NCBI RefSeq assembly: GCF_001484765.1
Contig: NZ_LLXO01000028.1
Coordinates: 27,859-51,858, forward strand
DNA from: Entomohabitans teleogrylli
GTDB lineage: Bacteria; Pseudomonadota; Gammaproteobacteria; Enterobacterales; Enterobacteriaceae
Direction of reading: 5' to 3'
DNA: 24,000 bases
Shown here in pieces: positions 8,773 through 18,353 of the stretch (its first letter is position 1; each line of letters starts with the position of its first letter). The notes beneath the pieces were generated by a model. It saw only the letters and a list, made by a program, of their open reading frames with translations. It did not search any database and was not told the DNA's origin. A program made the translations under genes and the position numbers.

Positions 8773-9705
8773 ATGCGCATCCTCCTCGCCCCCATGGAAG
8801 GAGTACTTGATTCCCTGGTTCGCGAGTTGCTGACCGACGTCAACGACTACGATCTGTGCATCACCGAATTTCTGCGGGTGGTGGATAGCCTGCTGCCGGC
8901 AAAATCCTTCTATAAACTGTGCCCGGAGCTGCGCAACCAGAGCCGCACGCCGTCCGGCACCTTGGTGCGTATCCAGTTGTTGGGCCAGCATCCGCAGTGG
9001 CTGGCGGAAAACGCCGCCCGGGCGGTGGCGCTGGGGAGCTGGGGGGTGGATCTTAACTGCGGCTGCCCGTCGAAGCTGGTTAATGGCAGCGGCGGCGGGG
9101 CGACGCTACTGAAAGATCCGGAGCTGATTTACCGGGGGGCGAAAGCGATGCGCGAGGCGGTGCCGGCAGCGTTGCCGGTCACCGTAAAAGTGCGTCTCGG
9201 GTGGGACAGTAGCGCCCGCAGTCTGGAGATTGCCGATGCGGTTGAACAGGCCGGGGCCAGCGAGCTGGTGGTCCACGGGCGTACCAAAGAAGACGGTTAT
9301 AAAGCGGAGCGTATCGACTGGGCGGCGATTGGCGAGATTCGCCGCCGCCTGACCATACCGGTTATCGCCAACGGCGAAATTCGCGACTGGCAAAGCGCGC
9401 AGGATTGCATGGCGGCAACCGGCTGCGATGCGCTGATGGTCGGGCGCTGGGCGCTGAATGTGCCCAACCTGAGCCGGGTGATTAAATATCATCAGCCGCC
9501 GATGCCGTGGGATGAGGTCGTGCAACTGTTGCGGAAATACACCCGTCTGGAAAAGCAGGGGGACACCGGTATGTACCACGTGGCGCGCATTAAGCAGTGG
9601 CTGGGGTATTTACGCAAAGAATATCCTCAGGCCAGTGTACTTTTCGGGACGATCCGGGCATTAAAAACCTCTGCGGAGATCGCGAGAGTTATTGATGCCC
9701 GCTAA
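8773..9705 (+). CDS. dusC: tRNA-dihydrouridine(16) synthase
   Basis: 310 aa, co-linear with E. coli DusC ([21 protein letters not shown]..., [20 protein letters not shown]). Backbone synteny. Confidence 0.93.
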   Translation: MRILLAPMEGVLDSLVRELLTDVNDYDLCITEFLRVVDSLLPAKSFYKLCPELRNQSRTPSGTLVRIQLLGQHPQWLAENAARAVALGSWGVDLNCGCPSKLVNGSGGGATLLKDPELIYRGAKAMREAVPAALPVTVKVRLGWDSSARSLEIADAVEQAGASELVVHGRTKEDGYKAERIDWAAIGEIRRRLTIPVIANGEIRDWQSAQDCMAATGCDALMVGRWALNVPNLSRVIKYHQPPMPWDEVVQLLRKYTRLEKQGDTGMYHVARIKQWLGYLRKEYPQASVLFGTIRALKTSAEIARVIDAR

Positions 9706-9956
9706 GATGCCGTCATCATTAAGGGGGCCGCTCTCTTAATGGCGTCAGCCATGATTACGCTGCGACCAGGAAAGCTGCGCAACGCGGTTAGCGCGTTCCA
9801 GCCAGCAAGACGCTGGCGTCGCGGCTCAGGAGTGGGAGGCAGGGTGCTTCGGGAGAGGCGCTGAAAAGCCCAGTAACGTTTTGATTGCCGATCTGCATCA
9901 CGTTTTTTTATGCCTCTGTTTGCGGGAGTTAAGGGAACTGCTACAGTGCCGCAAAA

Positions 9957-9981
9957 GGATTGTTACTGCATCAGCAGGCAT

Positions 9982-9988
<7 letters not shown>
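9957..9988 (+). promoter_or_regulatory. RAT (ribonucleic antiterminator) element of the BglG/SacY/LicT system
   Basis: GGATTGTTACTGCATCAGCAGGCATAACCTGA closely matches the E. coli bgl RAT as I recall it (GGATTGTTACTGCATTCGCAGGCAAAACCTGA). Its 3' part is shared with the 5' arm of the following terminator. Confidence 0.85.
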
Positions 9989-10873
<885 letters not shown>

Positions 10874-11065
10874 TGCGCTTTTCCTGAACGGGTTCCTTTC
10901 AGGCAAGCTGGCGTCGCAAAAATCCTTTAAACCATATTCATCCCGGATCGCTGTTGCGGCCCGGATGCCACGAAAACGTCAGTTCAGGGATATCCAGCGG
11001 CAGAGGGGCGTGTGCCATGGCGACTGCCGGCGCCAGTGCGTCCGAATGGCGGCCAGGCGCGTGTA

Positions 11066-11797
11066 TCAGGGTTTGCGGGCGCTGAGCAGGAAAATCATCG
11101 GCCGCTCTTTCTCTTCATCCAGCGCCGGATTGGCGGCGATTTGTTGGGCGTCCGGCCCCCATTCGTCAATATGGGTTAGCGTAAAACCGTTGGCGATCAG
11201 CAGGTTAATCCATGTGGCGAGCTTGCGGTGCTGTTTGCGCACTCCGGCGGCGAACCAGTTGCTGATGCGCACCCCTTCGGCCTGGTAATGATTTACCGGC
11301 CACGATTTCTGGCTGGTTTTATCCACCACCCAACCCTGTACCAGCGGCGCGGTATAAATCGGGTGCTCCGCGGAAAAAACCAGTATCCCACCGGGTTTCA
11401 GGGCCTGGTAAACGGTAGCGAATAACCCGCTGATGTTTTCCAGGTAATGCAGCGCCAGCGAACTGTACACCAGATCCAGCGAATCCGCGGCGAGTTGCAG
11501 TTTTTCCAGATCGGCATGGCGGTAAACAATCGGGCTTTTGCCGGTCATGGAGCGCGCTTTTTCCAGCATTCGCGCTGAAACATCATAGCCGGTAATCTGC
11601 GCTGCCCCCTGCTGCTGTGCATAACGGCAAAACCAGCCATAGCCGCAGCCGAGATCGGCAACCCGGGCGCCGAGCAGCGGCGGTAGCATGGCGCTGAGCG
11701 CCGGCCATTCCGGCGCGCCTTCCAGCCCTTTTACCGAACGATCGAGGGTAGCGTAACCGGCAAAAAACTGCGGATTATCATAAATATTCTGTGTCAT
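11066..11797 (-). CDS. class I SAM-dependent methyltransferase (Methyltransf_11-like), substrate unknown
   Basis: Motif I VADLGCGYGWF, post-I YDVSARML, motif II DLVYSSLALHYL, motif III LKPGGILVFSAEHP. Start at ATG 11797 (GGAG at 6 nt). The alternative ATG 11809 has AAGGAG at only 3 nt. Confidence 0.85.
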   Translation of the reverse strand: MTQNIYDNPQFFAGYATLDRSVKGLEGAPEWPALSAMLPPLLGARVADLGCGYGWFCRYAQQQGAAQITGYDVSARMLEKARSMTGKSPIVYRHADLEKLQLAADSLDLVYSSLALHYLENISGLFATVYQALKPGGILVFSAEHPIYTAPLVQGWVVDKTSQKSWPVNHYQAEGVRISNWFAAGVRKQHRKLATWINLLIANGFTLTHIDEWGPDAQQIAANPALDEEKERPMIFLLSARKP

Positions 11798-11930
11798 ATC
11801 TTTCTCCATTTGCTCCTTTTCGCCAGGTAAGCATCGCGGCCCTGTGGAGGTTATCTCAGCGCCGGAATGGCCTGGGGTGGAGGGTTGCCGCGTTTGCTGT
11901 GGCGTCCGGGGAGGCGCAGCCTGGCGTGGA

Positions 11931-12512
11931 TTAATCCCTTTCTTGTTGTTCGCGGCGCGCGGCGCGGCGTTTTAACCACAGACGCGCCAGCCAGACCGCC
12001 GCGACTGCGGCAATAAGCCAGACCAGATGTTTAAGATGCTGGTCAAGATGGTGCAGCCACGGCGCGATAAGTTCACCGCCCAGATAGCCCAGAGTGGTGA
12101 AAATCAGCGCCCACACCAGCGCGCCAAGGATATTCAGCGGAATAAACACCCGCGGCGCGAGATGGCTGGCGCCGATCAGTACCGGGCCGATAATGCGAAA
12201 GCCGTACATAAAGCGCGCGCCAATCACAAACAGCCATGGTCGGCGCTGGATCAGGCGCCGGGCCGTGGCTATCTTTTTCTGATGGCGGTGAAAACGGCGC
12301 AGGAGGCGATCGCCATAATAATGGCCGAGCAGGAACAGCAATTGATCGCCAATCATGCCGCCCAGCGCCACGGCGAGCACCACCAGCGGAAATTTCAGCA
12401 GCCCCTGATGAGCCGCAACGCCCCCCAGCAGAGTGACGGTTTCCCCTTCGGCCAGGCTGCCGACGATCAGCGCAGCGTAACCGTACTGCGCGATCAAATG
12501 ATTAATATCCAT
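11931..12512 (-). CDS. yohD: DedA-family inner membrane protein YohD
   Basis: Co-linear with E. coli YohD (MDxNxLIxQYGYAAL..GSLAEGETVTLLGGVAAHQGLLKFPLVV). Start placed at ATG 12512. The ORF-track start at 12524 is a GTG four codons upstream. Confidence 0.9.
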   Translation of the reverse strand: MDINHLIAQYGYAALIVGSLAEGETVTLLGGVAAHQGLLKFPLVVLAVALGGMIGDQLLFLLGHYYGDRLLRRFHRHQKKIATARRLIQRRPWLFVIGARFMYGFRIIGPVLIGASHLAPRVFIPLNILGALVWALIFTTLGYLGGELIAPWLHHLDQHLKHLVWLIAAVAAVWLARLWLKRRAARREQQERD

Positions 12513-12700
12513 CAGGACAGTCACTATCTCTCTGTTATTTCCCGTTATTAAGCATACACCCTGTTTATAGCTTTGCGCTGAAGGATATATTTTTACTGGT
12601 TAATAAATAATCTGACGGGTGAATTATACTTATCATTAATGTGTCGCAGCGCGACGCTGACGCAGTTGCTTTTCCGCGGGTAGACAGACCAGGAGGCGTT

Positions 12701-13288
12701 ATGAACCATGTCTGGGGACTTTTCTCCCATCCGAATCGTGAAATGCAGTCAATTCATCATGAAAATGAATCTGTCGGTCACCATTACGCGCATCACGTAT
12801 TGTTGCTGGCGGCGATCCCGGTTATTTGCGCATTTATCGGTACCACGCAAATCGGCTGGGATTTTGGCGATGGTACGATTGTGCGGCTGGCGCCGCTGAC
12901 CGGTATTTATCTTGGCATCCTGTTTTATGCCGCGATGCTGGTCGGCGTGGCGGTGATGGGGCGCGTTATCTGGTGGATGGCGCGTAACTATCCGCAGCGG
13001 CCGTCGCTGCGGCGCTGTATGGTATTTGCCGGCTATGTGGCGACTCCGCTGTTTCTGAGCGGTATTGTGGCGCTATACCCGCTGGTGTGGCTGTGTGCGC
13101 TGGTGGGAACTCTGGCGCTGGTGTATACCGGCTATCTGTTGTTTATCGGTATCCCGCCGTTCCTTAGTATCACGCGGAATGAGGGGCTGAGCTTCTCCGG
13201 CTCGACTCTGGCGATAGGGGTGCTGGTGCTGGAAGTGCTGCTGGCGATCACCGTGATTCTGTGGGGCTACGGCTACCGTCTGTTCTGA
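12701..13288 (+). CDS. yohC: Yip1-family inner membrane protein YohC
   Basis: 195 aa, co-linear with E. coli YohC (MNHVWGLFSHP...). ATG 12701 is preceded by AGGAGG. The ORF-track extension from 12641 is rejected. Confidence 0.9.
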   Translation: MNHVWGLFSHPNREMQSIHHENESVGHHYAHHVLLLAAIPVICAFIGTTQIGWDFGDGTIVRLAPLTGIYLGILFYAAMLVGVAVMGRVIWWMARNYPQRPSLRRCMVFAGYVATPLFLSGIVALYPLVWLCALVGTLALVYTGYLLFIGIPPFLSITRNEGLSFSGSTLAIGVLVLEVLLAITVILWGYGYRLF

Positions 13289-13292
13289 ACCG

Positions 13293-13330
13293 GCTGCATT
13301 GTCGCTCAGATAAGCGGCAATGCAGCATTT
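13293..13330 (+). terminator. yohC terminator hairpin
   Basis: 9-bp stem GCTGCATTG / CAATGCAGC with an inner CGCT/AGCG pairing, followed by a weak ATTT tract. Confidence 0.5.
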
Positions 13331-13460
13331 CGTCACGATTCTTCTCTGGCATGGCGCAAGCGCCGCAGAGTATGATGCGACGCCAGCTTTCGTTATTGAT
13401 TATAAAAGCGAAAGCGGTGTGCATTATTTTGCGCATGAATAATCTTTCAGAAGCGTCATC

Positions 13461-14405
13461 ATGCCGGACAAAATTCGCCTTTCTTTATTCAGCCTTGCGC
13501 TGTTGGTTAGTACTCCTTTTGCGCCTCAGGCGCTTGCCGCATCGGCCAGTGGCGCTGGTTATGCCGCGCAGCCGGAAATCGCCTCCGGTAGCGCGATGAT
13601 TGTCGATTTACAGACTAATAAAGTCATTTATGCCAGCCACCCGGACCTGGTCAGGCCGATGGCGTCGATTACCAAAGTGATGACCGCGATGGTGGTGCTT
13701 GACGCCCGCCAGCCGCTGGATGAAATGCTCAGCGTTGATATCAGCCAGACGCCGGAAATGAAAGGCATCTATTCGCGGGTACGCCTGAACAGCCAGATCA
13801 GCCGTAAGAATATGCTGCTGCTGGCGCTGATGTCCTCGGAAAACCGCGCGGCGGCCAGCCTGGCGCATCACTACCCCGGCGGCTACGCGGCCTTTATTCG
13901 GGCGATGAACGCGAAGGCGAAAGCGCTGGGGATGACCCACACGCGCTATGTTGAGCCGACCGGGCTGTCGGTAGATAACGTTTCCACCGCCAGGGATTTG
14001 AGTAAGCTGCTGATCGCCACGAAGCAATATCCCCTGATAGGGCAGCTCAGCACCACCCGGGAAGATATGGCCACTTTCAGCCATCCCGCCTATACCTTGC
14101 CGTTCCGCAATACCAACCATCTGGTGTACCGCGACGACTGGAATATCCAGTTGACCAAAACCGGGTTTACCAATGCGGCGGGCCACTGTTTGATCATGCG
14201 CACGCTGATTAATAAACGCCCGGTGGCGCTGGTGGTGATGGACGCCTTTGGAAAATATACCCACTTTGCCGACGCCAGCCGCCTGCGTAGCTGGCTGGAG
14301 ACCGGGAAAATAACGCCGGTGCCGGCGGCGGCGATGAGCTATAAACGCCAGAAAGCGGCGCAGATGGTCAGTAATGAGTCCCGCGCCACCGCGCAGGTGG
14401 AATAA
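13461..14405 (+). CDS. pbpG: D-alanyl-D-alanine endopeptidase, penicillin-binding protein 7
   Basis: 314 aa. Signal peptide ending in PQALA. SxxK (SITK), SxN (SEN) and KTG (KTGFT) motifs. Co-linear with E. coli PbpG. Confidence 0.93.
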   Translation: MPDKIRLSLFSLALLVSTPFAPQALAASASGAGYAAQPEIASGSAMIVDLQTNKVIYASHPDLVRPMASITKVMTAMVVLDARQPLDEMLSVDISQTPEMKGIYSRVRLNSQISRKNMLLLALMSSENRAAASLAHHYPGGYAAFIRAMNAKAKALGMTHTRYVEPTGLSVDNVSTARDLSKLLIATKQYPLIGQLSTTREDMATFSHPAYTLPFRNTNHLVYRDDWNIQLTKTGFTNAAGHCLIMRTLINKRPVALVVMDAFGKYTHFADASRLRSWLETGKITPVPAAAMSYKRQKAAQMVSNESRATAQVE

Positions 14406-14414
14406 GCAGTAAGC

Positions 14415-14455
14415 GGCGGAATGCAGCGATGCTGGGTTCCGCCGTGGTTTATTTA
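14415..14455 (+). terminator. pbpG rho-independent terminator
   Basis: GGCGGAA-15 nt-TTCCGCC stem-loop followed by gtggTTTATTTA. Confidence 0.6.
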
Positions 14456-14613
14456 TCCTTCGGGGTCACCCTGGATGAGGATATTCCGCCGATGCTCCGC
14501 CCGGACGCATCGATTGTTCATTCCCGAATCTATCCGCGCTATTCACTCCCTTTATTCAGACAAGCCTTTTTTGCTGGCCTGTGAAATAGCATCAGTGGCG
14601 CCAGCGGTGCGTT

Positions 14614-14630
14614 TGCACCAAAGCAGAGCA
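14614..14630. promoter_or_regulatory. NtrC-like enhancer half-palindrome (weak call)
   Basis: TGCACC-aaagc-AGAGCA compared with consensus TGCACC-N5-GGTGCA scores 6/6 plus 4/6. It lies about 170 bp upstream of the sigma-54-like element, and GGTGC-gttt-GCACC overlaps it. Confidence 0.25.
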
Positions 14631-14784
14631 GCGCCGCCAGGCAATACAGAATATTTTGCGGCGCGGTGCCTGATTCTCACCCTGCCGGCGGTTCGGCCCT
14701 CCCGGCGCTGAAATATGTTTTACCGCAGGCGGTAATCATTTTGAGCTCATCTATCATTAATTGATCTGCATAGTATTTAGCCTC

Positions 14785-14800
14785 TGGTGCGACTTTTGCT
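14785..14800 (+). promoter_or_regulatory. sigma-54 (-24/-12) type promoter candidate for the ABC operon
   Basis: TGGTGCGACTTTTGCT compared with TGGCACG-N4-TTGCW has the correct GG-N10-GC spacing and 10 of 12 conserved positions. An AT-rich, IHF-like tract (ATCATTAATTGATC) lies just upstream. No good sigma-70 hexamers are visible in this leader. Confidence 0.4.
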
Positions 14801-14913
14801 TGCGTCAGCGTAGCTATTGCGGCCCGTAGGTTAACCGCTGGCAAAAATGCAGTAAGTGATATTTTCCGCGCCAGTGTATGGCGCCTGGCTGTGAATCAGT
14901 GAGGAATATCCGA

Positions 14914-16029
14914 ATGTCTCTGAAACTTAAAACGTTGGTTCTTCAGGTTGCGATAGCGGGTTGTCTCAGCGCGGCGTTTTATGCGCAGGCGGAGGTGAAA
15001 ATTGGTGTGGCCGGTCCGTTTACCGGGCCGAATGCCACCTACGGCGCCCAGTACTGGAAAGGGGCGTCGCAGGCCGTAGCGGATATTAATGCGGCTGGGG
15101 GAATTAAGGGTGAAAAGATTGTCCTGGTGCAGGGGGATGACGCCTGTGAGCCAAAGCAGGCGGTGGCGGTAGCGAACCGGCTGGTTGATGAGTCCGGCGT
15201 TTCTGCCGTGGTCGGCCATTTCTGTTCGTCGTCGACCATGCCCGCTTCCGAGGTTTATGACGAGGCGGGGATTCTGACCATTACCCCCGGCTCGACCAAT
15301 CCTCAGATCACCGAGCGCGGCATGAAGGATATGTTTCGCATGTGCGGTCGCGACGACCAGCAGGGCGAGATTGCCGCGAACTACATGCTCGACGTCCTGA
15401 AAGCCAAAAAGATCGCCGTGATCCACGATAAAGATACTTACGGTCAGGGACTGGCCGACGCCACCCGGGCGGCGCTGGCGAAACGCGGTACTAAAGAGGT
15501 TCTGTATGAGGGGCTGTCGCGCGGCGAGAAGGATTTTAACGCCCTGGTCACCAAAATCGGCGCCCTGAAGCCGGATGTTGTGTACTTCGGCGGCTGCCAT
15601 CCGGAAGCCGGGCCGCTGGTGCGGCAGATGCGCGAGCAGGGGGTGCAGGCTAAATTTTTCTCCGGCGACTGCATTGTTACTGAGGAACTGGTGACCGCCG
15701 CTGGCGGACCACAGTTCACTAACGGTGTGCTGATGACCTTCGGCCAGGATCCACGCACCATTGCGGAGGGTAAAAGCGTGATTGAAAAATTCCGCGCCGA
15801 AGGCTTTGAGCCGGAAGGGTATACCCTCTATGCCTATGCTTCCATCCAGGCTATCGCCGCCGCCTATAACGCCGTGGGTACAGATAACGCCAAAGCCAGC
15901 GAGTGGCTGAAGACCAACAGCGTCAATACGGTGATGGGCAAAAAGGCCTGGGACAGTAAAGGCGACCTGAAAGTGTCGGACTATGTTGTCTACCAGTGGG
16001 ATGATAAAGGCAAATATCACCAGCTTTAA
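14914..16029 (+). CDS. periplasmic branched-chain amino-acid binding protein, LivJ/LivK/BraC family (paralog)
   Basis: 371 aa. Sec signal peptide MSLKLKTLVLQVAIAGCLSAAFYAQA. Roughly 45-50% co-linear with my recall of E. coli LivJ (QAVADINAxGGIKG, DDACxPKQAVAVAN, GHxCSSST, GEKDF). ATG 14914 is preceded by GAGGA. Confidence 0.9.
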   Translation: MSLKLKTLVLQVAIAGCLSAAFYAQAEVKIGVAGPFTGPNATYGAQYWKGASQAVADINAAGGIKGEKIVLVQGDDACEPKQAVAVANRLVDESGVSAVVGHFCSSSTMPASEVYDEAGILTITPGSTNPQITERGMKDMFRMCGRDDQQGEIAANYMLDVLKAKKIAVIHDKDTYGQGLADATRAALAKRGTKEVLYEGLSRGEKDFNALVTKIGALKPDVVYFGGCHPEAGPLVRQMREQGVQAKFFSGDCIVTEELVTAAGGPQFTNGVLMTFGQDPRTIAEGKSVIEKFRAEGFEPEGYTLYAYASIQAIAAAYNAVGTDNAKASEWLKTNSVNTVMGKKAWDSKGDLKVSDYVVYQWDDKGKYHQL

Positions 16030-16086
16030 TCGTCGCCAGATCCTGAATTCCCCGGCCCTTGCGTTATTAAGGGCGTGATACTTGCG

Positions 16087-16125
16087 CAGGCGGCGTACAC
16101 AGGATGCCGGACGTCGCCTGTTTAT
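16087..16125 (+). terminator. intra-operon attenuator hairpin between binding-protein and permease genes
   Basis: 10-bp stem CAGGCGGCGT / ACGTCGCCTG (one G-U), a 14-nt loop, then TTTAT. A second hairpin, GCCCTT-8 nt-AAGGGC (16055-16074), precedes it. Confidence 0.5.
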
Positions 16126-16141
16126 CGGCTGGATGGTTTCT

Positions 16142-17056
16142 ATGGAAGCTTTCTTTCTGCAACAAATGATCAATGGACTGACGCTGGGGGCGGTCTACGG
16201 GCTGATAGCCATTGGCTATACCATGGTCTACGGCATTATCGGCATGATTAACTTCGCCCACGGCGAGGTTTACATGATTTCCGCCTACCTCTGCGCGATC
16301 GGGCTGGCTCTGCTCGGCTATTTTGGTATTCACTCTTTCCCGGTGCTGATCTTCGGCACGCTGCTGTTCACTATTGTAGTGACTGGCGTTTACGGCTGGG
16401 CTATCGAACGCATTGCCTACCGCCCGCTGCGTAACTCGACGCGGCTGGCGCCGCTGATTTCAGCCATTGGCATGTCGCTGATTTTGCAAAACTATGTGCA
16501 AATCAGCCAGGGGCCGAATCAGCAAGGCATTCCGACACTGCTTAGCGGCGTGGTGCGTTTTCACGTCGCCGACGGGGTAGTACAAATCACCTGGACCAAA
16601 ATCTTTATCGTGGCCGCGGCGCTGGTCGGGATGGCTATCCTCACCTGGATAATCCAGCGTACCCGGCTGGGGCGTGTCTGTCGCGCTACCCAGCAGGACC
16701 GGCGGATGGCGGCGATCCTCGGCATCAATACTGACCGGGTGATCTCGCTGGTCTTTGTCATCGGCGCGGCGATGGCCGGGCTGGCCGGGGTTCTGGTGAC
16801 CATGAACTACGGCACCTTTGATTTCTATATCGGCTTTATTATCGGCATTAAAGCCTTTACCGCCGCGGTGCTGGGCGGCATCGGTTCGCTGCCGGGGGCG
16901 ATGCTTGGCGGGCTACTGCTGGGGGTGGCCGAGGCCCAGTTTGCCGGGATGGTGAACTCGGATTACAAAGATGTTTTCTCTTTCGCCCTGCTGGTGGTGA
17001 TCCTGATTTTTCGCCCTCAGGGTCTGCTGGGTCGTCCGGTCGCTGCTAAGGTCTAA
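16142..17056 (+). CDS. branched-chain amino-acid ABC transporter permease, LivH/BraD family
   Basis: Matches the LivH N-terminus (FLQQMxNGxTLGxxYxLIAIGYTMVYGIIGMINFAHGEVYM). The start is ATG 16142 or ATG 16133. The TTG start at 16082 in the ORF track is rejected. Confidence 0.88.
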   Translation: MEAFFLQQMINGLTLGAVYGLIAIGYTMVYGIIGMINFAHGEVYMISAYLCAIGLALLGYFGIHSFPVLIFGTLLFTIVVTGVYGWAIERIAYRPLRNSTRLAPLISAIGMSLILQNYVQISQGPNQQGIPTLLSGVVRFHVADGVVQITWTKIFIVAAALVGMAILTWIIQRTRLGRVCRATQQDRRMAAILGINTDRVISLVFVIGAAMAGLAGVLVTMNYGTFDFYIGFIIGIKAFTAAVLGGIGSLPGAMLGGLLLGVAEAQFAGMVNSDYKDVFSFALLVVILIFRPQGLLGRPVAAKV

Positions 17057-17066
17057 GGGGTAAAAA

Positions 17067-18353
17067 ATGACAGAGGTTTCCCGCAAGCCAGGGCTGGATA
17101 TCAGGCAGAGCCTGATAGATAGCGTGCTGGCCGGATTGTGTGCGCTGGTGGTTTTTGGGCCGATCGTCGGCATTGTGCTTGATGGATACAGTTTTAATTT
17201 ATCCGCCCGGCGGGTGGCGGTGCTGGTCGCGATAGTGATGCTCGGACGACTGGTGATCAGTCTGGGGCTGCAAAGCCAGGCCGGGCGCCGCTTTAAGGCG
17301 CGCTTTGAAGGGGCGGACGATGGGGTGTATGTGCGCCCGCCCGGTTATCGCTCCCGGCTGCGCTGGATTATTCCCCTGCTGCTGGCGCTGGCGGTGTTAT
17401 TTCCCTTCATCGCCACTAAATATTTGTTAACGGTCGCCATTCTCGGGCTTATCTACGTATTACTGGGGCTGGGGCTGAATATCGTGGTGGGCCTGGCCGG
17501 TCTGCTCGACCTGGGATATGTGGCGTTTTACGCGATCGGGGCGTATGGCCTGGCATTGGGTTATCAGTATCTGGGGCTGGGTTTCTGGGCCATGCTGCCG
17601 CTGGGGGCGATTATGGCGGCGCTGGCCGGGGCGCTACTGGGATTTCCGGTGCTGCGTATGCACGGGGATTACCTGGCGATTGTTACCCTCGGCTTCGGGG
17701 AGATTATCCGTCTGGTTCTGAATAACTGGGTCAGCTTTACCGGGGGGCCCAATGGCGTCTCCGTGCCGGCGCCGACCTTTTTCGGCCTTGAGTTCGCCAG
17801 ACGGGCAAAGGAGGGCGGGGTACCGGTGCATGAGTTTTTACAAATAGGCTATAACCCCAATCTCAAATTTATCTTTATCTACGCGGTATTGTTGCTGGTG
17901 GTGCTGCTGGTACTGTTGATTAAGCATCGGCTGACCCATATGCCGATTGGCCGCGCCTGGGAGGCGCTGCGCGAAGATGAGATTGCCTGCCGGGCGATGG
18001 GGCTGAATCATGTGCTGGTCAAGCTTTCGGCGTTCATGATTGGGGCATCGACGGCGGGGATTGCCGGGGTTTTCTTCGCCACCTACCAGGGATTTGTCAA
18101 CCCGACCTCGTTTACCTTTTTTGAATCTGCCTTAATCCTGGCGATTGTCGTTCTCGGCGGTATGGGATCGACGCTGGGGGTGGTGCTGGCGGCCTTTGTC
18201 CTTACGGTAACGCCGGAACTGCTGCGCGGTTTTGCCGAATATCGGGTGTTGCTGTTCGGCGTTCTGATGGTGCTGATGATGATCTGGCGGCCGCGCGGGC
18301 TGGTGCGCACCAGCCGGATGGGGGTAGCCATTCGTAAGGGGGTGGCGCCATGA
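17067..18353 (+). CDS. branched-chain amino-acid ABC transporter permease, LivM/BraE family
   Basis: 428-aa polytopic membrane protein of LivM-like size, with LGLNIVVGLAGLLDLGYVAFYAIGAY. Begins 10 nt after the livH-like stop. Confidence 0.9.
   Translation: MTEVSRKPGLDIRQSLIDSVLAGLCALVVFGPIVGIVLDGYSFNLSARRVAVLVAIVMLGRLVISLGLQSQAGRRFKARFEGADDGVYVRPPGYRSRLRWIIPLLLALAVLFPFIATKYLLTVAILGLIYVLLGLGLNIVVGLAGLLDLGYVAFYAIGAYGLALGYQYLGLGFWAMLPLGAIMAALAGALLGFPVLRMHGDYLAIVTLGFGEIIRLVLNNWVSFTGGPNGVSVPAPTFFGLEFARRAKEGGVPVHEFLQIGYNPNLKFIFIYAVLLLVVLLVLLIKHRLTHMPIGRAWEALREDEIACRAMGLNHVLVKLSAFMIGASTAGIAGVFFATYQGFVNPTSFTFFESALILAIVVLGGMGSTLGVVLAAFVLTVTPELLRGFAEYRVLLFGVLMVLMMIWRPRGLVRTSRMGVAIRKGVAP

Noticed and set aside
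10938-11018. 26-codon minus-strand mini-ORF (MAHAPLPLDIPELTFSWHPGRNSDPG) downstream of the methyltransferase
   Set aside because: No Shine-Dalgarno (GGCGCCGGCAGTCGCC precedes the ATG). It is not hydrophobic like type I toxins, and I recognise no family. Probably chance.
14421-14711. 96-aa plus-strand ORF in the pbpG/liv-like leader. On the minus strand there is also a 20-codon ORF (MITACGKTYFSAGRAEPPAG) followed in frame, after a TGA, by a hydrophobic stretch (ILYCLAALLCFGANAPLAPLMLF).
   Set aside because: The plus-strand ORF starts inside the pbpG terminator hairpin, has no Shine-Dalgarno, and is Arg/Pro/Trp-rich. The minus-strand reading also lacks a Shine-Dalgarno and needs stop read-through. 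At most it is a decayed remnant, with no support from sequence alone.
14896-16173. 425-aa ORF on the minus strand, the second-longest minus-strand ORF in the track
   Set aside because: It lies entirely antisense to the LivJ-like binding-protein gene, which has strong homology, a signal peptide and a Shine-Dalgarno. The antisense translation is Arg/Gly/His-rich with no motifs. This is a typical stop-codon-poor antisense frame in GC-rich coding DNA.
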